Shown: positions 29,451-37,410 of the stretch, one piece after another
Numbering within the stretch: position 1 is the first letter of the stretch
Layout of the letters: the number at the start of each line of letters is the position of its first letter
Assembly: GCA_913040915.1 (NCBI GenBank)
Contig: CAJWHW010000006.1
Location: 1 to 64,000 of the forward strand
DNA from: an uncultured Fidelibacterota bacterium
GTDB lineage: Bacteria; Fidelibacterota; Marinisomatia; Marinisomatales; UBA1611
Reading direction: 5' to 3'
Length of the DNA stretch: 64,000 nt
Program-made: the position numbers and the translations under genes
Notes under the pieces: model-generated
Seen by the model: the letters and a program-made list of their open reading frames with translations, nothing else
The model's database searches: none
What the model was told of the DNA's origin: nothing

Positions 29451-31664
29451 ATGTCCTTATTTAATAGAGCAGAAGTCGTTGATTTAAACTTTACTTCTCA
29501 TGTAAAGTCAGGCAACTTTCCTCCAGAAAAGACACATTTAAGTTTATCTCAGACTGATATAAGACCATCCCAATTAATTTCCATTTTTGAATCTCAGGTG
29601 TTAAGTCGCCACATGGATTTAAAAGCTCGGCTTTTAAAAGAAGAAGGGAAATGTTTTTATACAATCGGCTGTTCGGGGCATGAAGGGAATGCTGTATTTG
29701 GCCAAGTATTCCCCTATACAGATATGGCTTTTCTTCATTACCGTTCCGGTCCTTTATTCATTGAACGGTCTAAACAAATTAGCAGATCCACTCCAATTTA
29801 TGATATGGCTTTATCTTTCATGGCATCTTCTGAAGACCCTATCAGCGGAGGTCGTCACAAAGTCATTGGCAGCAAAGAGCTAAATATTCCACCACAGACC
29901 AGTACAATTTCTAGCCATTTACCGAAAGCTGTGGGAACTGCCTTTTCCATCGACCGTGCTAAAGATCTAGACATTCAGGAGAGAATCCTCAAAGAGAATA
30001 GTATTGTGATCTGTAGTTTTGGAGATGCCAGCGTTAACCATGCAACTGCTTTAAGTGCTTTTAACACTGTAAGTTGGGTTACTGCTCATGGTGGTCATGT
30101 GCCCATTATTTTTATCTGTGAAGATAACGGTACCGGTATTTCTGTTCCTACGGATAAAAAATGGGTCGAACAAAATTTTAAGAACTGCCAGGGGATCGCT
30201 TACATTCAAACTGACGGTCTTCACCTTATTGATCTAATTATGAAATCCCGACAAGCAGATCATGATTGCCGTATCAATCGATCGCCTATTTTTATCCATA
30301 TGAAAACCGTTCGGCTCATGGGGCATGCAGGATCTGATGTTGAATTAGGGTACCGATCTATTGCTGATATTGAAAGGGATGAATTTAATGACCCTTTGCT
30401 CCATTCATCACGCATTCTAATAGAAAATAAATGTTTATCTGGTGGTGAAATTTTATCTCTCTATGAGTCATCGAGAGAACAGGTAAACCATGTTTTTGAT
30501 TCAGTTACCCAAAGGCCCAAATTAGATAATGCTAAAAGTGTAATGGCCACTATCACTGCAAATAAATTCAGTCGATCTTTACCATTTCATTCCAGAAATA
30601 AGGAACGCAAAGCTCTTTTTGGGAAAGAGTTCAAAAGATTAGATCAGGCTCAGCATATGGCCAAGCTTATTAACTATGCACTGTCTGATATTATGTTGCG
30701 CTATAAGAATACCTTGGTATTCGGTGAAGATGTAGCCCAGAAAGGCGGTGTATATCATGTAACCGCTGATCTTTATAAACAGTTTGGAGTTCGTCGTGTA
30801 TTTAACAGTCCCTTGGATGAAACATCAATTATCGGTTTCGGTATCGGTTTCAGTCATAATGGGTTTATTCCGATACCGGAAATTCAATTTTTGGCCTATC
30901 TACATAATGCAGAAGATCAACTTCGGGGTGAAGCAGCTACATTACCCTTTTTCTCAGAAGGACGTTTTACAAATCCCATGGTATTACGTGTTCCGGGTCT
31001 TGCTTATCAAAAAGGTTTTGGTGGCCATTACCATAACGATAATTCTTTAACTATATTTCGTGATATTCCTGGAATCATTCTGGCTGTGCCATCCAATGGG
31101 GCCGATGCTGTAAAAATGCTTCGGACTGCCGTAAAGGAAGCCTACAAGAATGGACGTGTAGTTGTTTTTATAGAACCCATTGCACTCTATATGACCAAAG
31201 ACCTCTACAAACCAAAAGATAGGAGATGGAGTTTTCAATATCCGGATCTAAAAGATGAGATTCCTGTTGGAGAATTCGTCAGTTATGGAAATGGGAAAAT
31301 ACTCACCATTATCACATACGGAAATGGTTTATACCTATCGCTAAAAGCTCAAAAGGAGATTGAGAAACAATTAAACAAAAAGATCAAAGTAATCGATCTG
31401 AGATGGCTCTCAGATATTGATATTCCTAATTTGCTAAAAGCTATAGGCACTAGTGAAAATGTACTGATCGTAGATGAATGTCGTCGAACTGGCTGCCATG
31501 GAGAAGGCTTGGTAACTCAGTTGGTTACTGCAGCAAATAAACCACTAAATATTCAACTCCACGCAGCTGAAGATAGTTTTATTCCACTGGGTATTGCCGC
31601 AACTGCCACACTCCCCAGTAAACAGTCTATCATTGATAAGGCTCTGGAGTTAGTGAATGTTTAA
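29451..31664 (+). CDS. Fused E1 alpha/beta thiamine-diphosphate-dependent 2-oxoacid dehydrogenase
   Basis: LHYR, GGRH, ThDP motif GDAS…EDN, GHAGSD; beta part GEDVAQKGGV, PLDE, EIQFLAY, GGHYHN, IEP. Confidence 0.88.
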   Translation: MSLFNRAEVVDLNFTSHVKSGNFPPEKTHLSLSQTDIRPSQLISIFESQVLSRHMDLKARLLKEEGKCFYTIGCSGHEGNAVFGQVFPYTDMAFLHYRSGPLFIERSKQISRSTPIYDMALSFMASSEDPISGGRHKVIGSKELNIPPQTSTISSHLPKAVGTAFSIDRAKDLDIQERILKENSIVICSFGDASVNHATALSAFNTVSWVTAHGGHVPIIFICEDNGTGISVPTDKKWVEQNFKNCQGIAYIQTDGLHLIDLIMKSRQADHDCRINRSPIFIHMKTVRLMGHAGSDVELGYRSIADIERDEFNDPLLHSSRILIENKCLSGGEILSLYESSREQVNHVFDSVTQRPKLDNAKSVMATITANKFSRSLPFHSRNKERKALFGKEFKRLDQAQHMAKLINYALSDIMLRYKNTLVFGEDVAQKGGVYHVTADLYKQFGVRRVFNSPLDETSIIGFGIGFSHNGFIPIPEIQFLAYLHNAEDQLRGEAATLPFFSEGRFTNPMVLRVPGLAYQKGFGGHYHNDNSLTIFRDIPGIILAVPSNGADAVKMLRTAVKEAYKNGRVVVFIEPIALYMTKDLYKPKDRRWSFQYPDLKDEIPVGEFVSYGNGKILTIITYGNGLYLSLKAQKEIEKQLNKKIKVIDLRWLSDIDIPNLLKAIGTSENVLIVDECRRTGCHGEGLVTQLVTAANKPLNIQLHAAEDSFIPLGIAATATLPSKQSIIDKALELVNV

Positions 31665-32673
31665 ACAACGAATCGTTGTCGTTTGTCCGGGTAGGGGAAC
31701 CTATACTCGGGAAACAATCGGTTACCTTAAAACCTATGGGAAATCTGCAAAAGATCAGATTAACTGGATAGATGGGCAGCGAGAATCCACAGATCTCCTA
31801 ACACTTACCGATTTGGATAATCAACCATTCAAGACCAAGATTCATATGGCAGGAGAACATGCTTCTCCACTGATCTATGCGTGTAGTTTATCAGATTTTC
31901 TGTCTATTGATCAAAGCAAATTTGAAATTGTAGCCATAACAGGAAATTCCATGGGTTGGTATATTGCACTAGCTTTGTGCGGTGCTGTGTCTTACAAAAA
32001 TGCTTATCACCTTATTCAAACTATGGGTTCTATGATGATAGATGGTATTATTGGTGGACAAATCATTTATCCAATTATGGATGAACATTTTCATTTAGAT
32101 CCGGAAAAAAGTTCAATAGCAATGGCAGAAATAGAAAAAGCCGGTGCTTATGTATCTATTTATCTTGGTGGGTATCTGGTTATTGGGGGTGATCAAAAAG
32201 TATTGGATATACTATTGAAAAAACTTCCGCAGGAAGACAAATATCCTTTTCAACTTCCATACCATGGTGCTTTTCACACACCTTTAATGAAAAATATTTC
32301 GGCAAAGGGTCTCGCTACTCTTGAACCATCTTTATTTCAAAAACCGGTGATTCCAATGGTGGACGGGAGGGGATATATTTGGTCACCTTATTCTACGGAC
32401 ATATTTGAGTTACATCAATATACCCTTGGTCATCAAGTAACAAAATCTTATGATTTTTCTTCAGCTATCATGATAGCTATGAAAGAATTTTGTCCGGATA
32501 AACTGGTTTTATTGGGTCCTGGAAATACGTTGGGTGGTGTCGTGGCACAAATTATGATCCAAAATAAATGGCAGGATATAGATTCAAAATTTGTATTTAG
32601 GAAAAAACAAAAAAAAGATCCTTATCTCATATCTATGGGAATAGAAGAACAAAGAAAACTGATATGCACATAG
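31657..32673 (+). CDS. Divergent FabD-like acyltransferase
   Basis: CPGRG (for FPGQG), GNSMG nucleophile elbow (for GHSxG), GAFHTPLM, LGPG; overlaps the E1 stop. Confidence 0.8.
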   Translation: MFKQRIVVVCPGRGTYTRETIGYLKTYGKSAKDQINWIDGQRESTDLLTLTDLDNQPFKTKIHMAGEHASPLIYACSLSDFLSIDQSKFEIVAITGNSMGWYIALALCGAVSYKNAYHLIQTMGSMMIDGIIGGQIIYPIMDEHFHLDPEKSSIAMAEIEKAGAYVSIYLGGYLVIGGDQKVLDILLKKLPQEDKYPFQLPYHGAFHTPLMKNISAKGLATLEPSLFQKPVIPMVDGRGYIWSPYSTDIFELHQYTLGHQVTKSYDFSSAIMIAMKEFCPDKLVLLGPGNTLGGVVAQIMIQNKWQDIDSKFVFRKKQKKDPYLISMGIEEQRKLICT

Positions 32674-33791
32674 ATAGGAAAGTTGAGATTCTTGATTCAA
32701 CACTTCGAGAAGGAGAGCAGACACCTGGAGTATCCTTTTCCGTTGATCAAAAAATAGCATTGGCTAAACGATTGGATGCTTTCGGGGTAGATTTTATTGA
32801 GATGGGACACCCGGCTGTTTCTCCAGATGTTTATGAAAGTGTAGAAGCATTAAATGATCTGAGTCTCTGTGCTAATAAAGTTGCTCATGGTAGGGCGGCA
32901 AAATCAGATATCAACGATGCTTTGGCCATTGGAGTAGAATGGATAGGGATATTTTTTGGCACATCAGCCATCAGTTTGAAACATAAATTCAATGTGGATC
33001 GGCCAACGGCCCTACGGCGAATCAGAGAAGCAGTGACATACGGGAAAGATAAAGGATTAAAACTTCGTTTTACGGCAGAAGATGCCAGTCGTACTGACAT
33101 CGATTTTCTAATACAAGTGGCGCAGTTGGTCCAATCCTGCGGAGCAGACCGATTCAGTCTAGCAGATACAGTTGGCTGTCTAACTCCGACAAAAACATAT
33201 AAACTTGTGAAGAGTGTAAAATCGGAATTGGATATTCCCATTCACGTTCATTGCCATAATGATTTAGGATTAGCCACAGCAAATACCTTATCTGCTTTGG
33301 AAGCTGGAGCCCAATGTGTGGATGTGGCAGTAAATGGTCTGGGTGAGCGCTGCGGATTAGCGCCTTTGGCAGAAGTGGTGACAGTCTTAGTGAATATTTA
33401 TAAAGTGAATAGACAATGGGAATTATGTTTAATCCCTGAATTAACGGAACTGGTTACAGAATTTTCCCAATTGGATGCAGGAGATAATCAACCGGTTACA
33501 GGCAAGAATGCATTTTCCCATAAGGCCGGGCTCCATGTAAAAGCGGTGGTTAAAGACCCCAGATCCTATGAAGCTATTTCGCCCGAATCTATCAATCGCA
33601 CACGCAAGCTGGTTATAGACAAATACACAGGACGGGATGCCATCAAATATAAATTTGAATCTCTCAGTATAGTTCTAGATGAGAAGGATTTGGCTGCTGT
33701 TTTACAATGTATCAAAACCAAACCTGAAAAATTGAATTGGACGGATGTTGAACTTATTTCTCATGCTAAATCATTAGGGATTAAGGTGTAA
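32664..33791 (+). CDS. Homocitrate synthase-like DRE-TIM enzyme (no LeuA regulatory domain)
   Basis: DSTLREGEQ, RFTAEDASR, LADTVG, HCHNDLG, GLGERCG, HKAGLH, YE; 375 aa. Confidence 0.75.
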   Translation: MHIDRKVEILDSTLREGEQTPGVSFSVDQKIALAKRLDAFGVDFIEMGHPAVSPDVYESVEALNDLSLCANKVAHGRAAKSDINDALAIGVEWIGIFFGTSAISLKHKFNVDRPTALRRIREAVTYGKDKGLKLRFTAEDASRTDIDFLIQVAQLVQSCGADRFSLADTVGCLTPTKTYKLVKSVKSELDIPIHVHCHNDLGLATANTLSALEAGAQCVDVAVNGLGERCGLAPLAEVVTVLVNIYKVNRQWELCLIPELTELVTEFSQLDAGDNQPVTGKNAFSHKAGLHVKAVVKDPRSYEAISPESINRTRKLVIDKYTGRDAIKYKFESLSIVLDEKDLAAVLQCIKTKPEKLNWTDVELISHAKSLGIKV

Positions 33792-33819
33792 TTTCCAAAC
33801 CAATTTTTATAGGAAAACT

Positions 33820-34992
33820 ATGAAGAAATATGGCCCTGATTATTACGATATAACTGATCTTCTGAGTGAAGAAGAATTGCTCATACAGCAAACGGCCTAT
33901 GATTTCGTCCAGACGGAATTCATGCCGATCATAAGTAAACACTATGAAAAAGCCACTTTTCCCATGGAACTTGTACCTAAGTTAGGAGAACTTGGTTTTA
34001 TGGGATCATCTTTGCCTGAAGAATCCGGTGGTGCAGGTGTAAGCAGTGTTGCCTATGGATTGATTCTCCATGAGTTAGAACGAGGGGATTCGGGTCTTCG
34101 CTCATTTGCCAGTGTACAGGGAGCATTGGTTATGTATCCCATACATGCCTATGGTTCTGATGAACAAAAAGCTAAATGGCTTCCTGCATTGGGTTCTGGT
34201 GAAAAGATCGGCTGTTTCGGACTAACAGAACCGAACTTTGGATCTAACCCCGGGGGTATGGCTACCAAAGCTATAAGGGAAGGAGATGAATGGATTATTA
34301 GCGGAAATAAAATGTGGATCACGAATGGTTCATTAGCTGATGTTGCAGTGGTATGGGCCAAAGATGAAGAAGGTATTGTTCGGGGCTTTTTATTAGAAAA
34401 GGGAATAGACGGGTTTTCTGCACCGGTGCAGCATGGAAAATTGAGCCTTAGAGCTTCAGTTACATCGGAGCTTGTTATGGAAAATGTCCGGGTCCCTGAT
34501 TCATCACGACTACCCAATATAGAAGGGTTGAAGGGCCCCTTGAGTTGTCTGACCCAGGCACGTTATGGTATCTCCTGGGGAATGGTGGGTGCTGCTACAG
34601 ACTGCTATAATACAGCATTGGATTATTCTAAAGATAGGAAACAATTTTCCAAGCCCATTGCAGGATATCAGCTTACACAAGCAAAGCTTGCGGATATGGT
34701 TACCTTAATCACTGAAGCACAGTTATTGGTTTATCGTTTAGGAAGACTCAAAGATGAAGGTACTATGACTTTTCAGCAGGTATCTATGGCAAAGCGGAAT
34801 AACTGTTCCATGGCCCGTGATATTGCAAAAACGTCTAGGGAAATTTTAGGCGCAAATGGTATTACAGAAGACTATTCACCTATTAGGCACATGGCCAATA
34901 TTGAATCAGTGTTCACTTATGAAGGAACACATGAGATGCACACTCTGATCTTAGGACAGGATGTAACTGGCTTTGCCGCTTATGATTCATAG
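33820..34992 (+). CDS. gcdH: Glutaryl-CoA dehydrogenase
   Basis: ELERGDSGLRS, FGLTEP, KMWITN, LSLRASVT, CLTQARYGISWG, MAKRNN, TYEGT. Confidence 0.85.
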   Translation: MKKYGPDYYDITDLLSEEELLIQQTAYDFVQTEFMPIISKHYEKATFPMELVPKLGELGFMGSSLPEESGGAGVSSVAYGLILHELERGDSGLRSFASVQGALVMYPIHAYGSDEQKAKWLPALGSGEKIGCFGLTEPNFGSNPGGMATKAIREGDEWIISGNKMWITNGSLADVAVVWAKDEEGIVRGFLLEKGIDGFSAPVQHGKLSLRASVTSELVMENVRVPDSSRLPNIEGLKGPLSCLTQARYGISWGMVGAATDCYNTALDYSKDRKQFSKPIAGYQLTQAKLADMVTLITEAQLLVYRLGRLKDEGTMTFQQVSMAKRNNCSMARDIAKTSREILGANGITEDYSPIRHMANIESVFTYEGTHEMHTLILGQDVTGFAAYDS

Positions 34993-35026
34993 AATATTAT
35001 AAAAAGCTGAATTTATAATATAAAAA

Positions 35027-36196
35027 ATGTTTTTTATCATTGCTCTATTAATATTGTGGACTATACATGGCTATGTTGCATACAAGGTAATACCAACAAT
35101 TGGTTTATCTTATTATCAATCCATATTTGCTTACATTTTAACATTTTTTCTTAGTTTATTACCCATAGTTCCAATTATACTAAGAATTAGCGGTAATGAA
35201 GCAAAATTGATAGATAAATTATCTCTTGTGGGTTATACAAGCTTAGGTTTCTTTACATTATCATTTTTGACATTTTTAGTTAAAGATATATTCGTTCAAT
35301 TACTCTCTTTCTCCAGTGGATTATTTTACGATGATGAAATTATTGATGATAATAAAAGGGATTTTCTAAAGAAATCCTTATCTATTGGCTTACTTGGGAT
35401 CACGGGTTCAGCAACAGCTTATGGATTTTCAAACGCAAGGATTGGACCCAGCATTATCAAACAGGATATTTATATAGAATCGTTACCAATGGAATTTGAA
35501 GACTTCAAGATAGCACAAATTTCAGATCTCCATATTGGACCGACAATAAAGAGACCATATGTTGAAAATGTATTGGATAAGATCAGTCAAGTTAATCCAG
35601 ATCTTATTGCCGTGACAGGTGATCTGGTTGATGGTTCAGTTAAATATCTTCATTCAGATGTGCAACCCCTAAAGGATATGATCGCAGATTATGGAACTTA
35701 TTTTGTGACAGGGAATCATGAGTATTACAGTGGCGTTGATCAGTGGTTAGATGAAACTGACAAAATAGGTATGATAAATCTTGTAAATGAAAATAAAATA
35801 ATTACAAAGAATAAAATGAAAATTGTCATCGCAGGAATCACGGATTACAAGGCACATCAGATCAAACCGGAACACAAATCAAACCCAAAAAAAGCTCTTG
35901 GAAATGCACCTAAAAATCTGACTAGGATTATGCTGGCTCATCAGCCCAACAGTATCCATGCTGTTCATGAGCTAGGTGTAGATCTTCAGTTATCGGGTCA
36001 TACTCACGGAGGCCAGTTCTGGCCGTTTACTTATCCTACAAAGCTAGCGAATGCTTACCTTGCAGGGCACTATAACCATTTTGGGACACAGATTTATGTA
36101 AATCGTGGTACAGGTTATTGGGGACCACCCTTACGGTTAGGTGTTTCAGCCGAGATTAGTCTTTTTCGATTAAAGAAAAAAATAATTTTAACATAG
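35027..36196 (+). CDS. Membrane-anchored metallophosphoesterase (YkuE-like)
   Basis: SDLH, GDLVD, GNHE, LAHQP, GHTHGGQ; N-terminal transmembrane helices. Confidence 0.88.
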   Translation: MFFIIALLILWTIHGYVAYKVIPTIGLSYYQSIFAYILTFFLSLLPIVPIILRISGNEAKLIDKLSLVGYTSLGFFTLSFLTFLVKDIFVQLLSFSSGLFYDDEIIDDNKRDFLKKSLSIGLLGITGSATAYGFSNARIGPSIIKQDIYIESLPMEFEDFKIAQISDLHIGPTIKRPYVENVLDKISQVNPDLIAVTGDLVDGSVKYLHSDVQPLKDMIADYGTYFVTGNHEYYSGVDQWLDETDKIGMINLVNENKIITKNKMKIVIAGITDYKAHQIKPEHKSNPKKALGNAPKNLTRIMLAHQPNSIHAVHELGVDLQLSGHTHGGQFWPFTYPTKLANAYLAGHYNHFGTQIYVNRGTGYWGPPLRLGVSAEISLFRLKKKIILT

Positions 36197-36319
36197 GTTG
36201 TATAATAAAAGAACATGGGCCGTAATAAACGATAATAATTTATTTATTCTGATATGAAACCTAGAGAGTTTTTAAAACATTAACTCTTGGTATAATCGGA
36301 CCTTCCATACTTATAAAAA

Positions 36320-37201
36320 GTGAGAAAAAAATCCAATATGAATAATTTAATTGTTCTTTCAACATGGGAACATGGCTTAACTGTTAATAATGCTGCATGG
36401 GAAGTCCTTTTTAAAGGAGGATCTTCGATGGATGCAGTGGAGGCCGGAGCCAGAGTTTCTGAAGCAGATTTAAAAAATACATCAGTAGGATTTGGCGGTT
36501 TGCCTGATGAGCAGGGTTACGTAACATTGGATGCATGTGTTATGGATTCGAATGGGAATGCTGGTTCAGTAGCATTTTTGCAAAATATCAATCATCCTGT
36601 TTCTGTTGCACGAAAAGTCATGGAAGAGACCAAACATGTTATGCTGGTGGGCGAAGGTGCTCGGCAGTTTGCGGTATCAAGTGGTTTCGAAGAATTAGAC
36701 TTATTAACTCCAGAATCAAAAAAAGCTTGGAAACAATGGAAAAAGCATCGAAGGGAGATGACACCCCATGAAACTCACGATACTATTTCTATTTTAGCTC
36801 AGGATAGACAGGGCGATCTTGCAGGTGCTTGTACTACCAGCGGCTGGGCCTACAAACTCCATGGAAGGGTAGGGGATAGTCCAATTATTGGAGCCGGTCT
36901 CTTTGTAGATAATGATATTGGCTGTGCTGCTGCCACAGGGCTGGGTGAAGAAGTAATTAAAACAACCGGCAGTTTTTTGGTTGTGGAACTTATGAGGCAG
37001 GGTTATGATCCAACTGCTGCATGTGAAGGAGCTCTTAACCGTGTGATTAAAGCCCATAATGGGAATCCCAATTTTCAGATCGCTTATATAGCGATTCGTA
37101 AAGATGGTAAAACTGGTTCAGCCTGTATTAAAGGTACTTTCGATTATGCCTTGGCCAAAGGTAAAATAAATAAGCTCTACAAGATCAGTGGGATAATCTA
37201 A
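36320..37201 (+). CDS. N4-(beta-N-acetylglucosaminyl)-L-asparaginase (Ntn hydrolase)
   Basis: STW, SVGFGGLPD, LDACVMD, HD|TI autocleavage site, GRVGDSPIIGAG, ATGLGE. Start uncertain because of a decayed upstream signal sequence. Confidence 0.88.
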   Translation: MRKKSNMNNLIVLSTWEHGLTVNNAAWEVLFKGGSSMDAVEAGARVSEADLKNTSVGFGGLPDEQGYVTLDACVMDSNGNAGSVAFLQNINHPVSVARKVMEETKHVMLVGEGARQFAVSSGFEELDLLTPESKKAWKQWKKHRREMTPHETHDTISILAQDRQGDLAGACTTSGWAYKLHGRVGDSPIIGAGLFVDNDIGCAAATGLGEEVIKTTGSFLVVELMRQGYDPTAACEGALNRVIKAHNGNPNFQIAYIAIRKDGKTGSACIKGTFDYALAKGKINKLYKISGII

Positions 37202-37410
37202 TTATCTAATATAATATTGGAGATGATAAGCGTAAAGTAAATATCTAGAAAAAGATCTGTATACACATCAAGGGTGTAATATTGTTTATCTTTAAGTTTA
37301 TTAATCTTCAAAATATGCTAAATAATATCAAGTTATTTAGATAATGTAAGTTCAGTTATATTATAGATGAGCCGTTTATAGAGGTGGAAATGAAATTAAT
37401 ATTGAATATT

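Noticed and set aside
31657..32673. Housekeeping fabD or part of a PKS
   Set aside because: Motifs diverge (PGRG, GNSMG) and there are no neighbouring fab, KS or ACP genes.
37202..37410. 209-nt spacer as a gene remnant or sRNA
   Set aside because: No recognisable translation or stable hairpin found.
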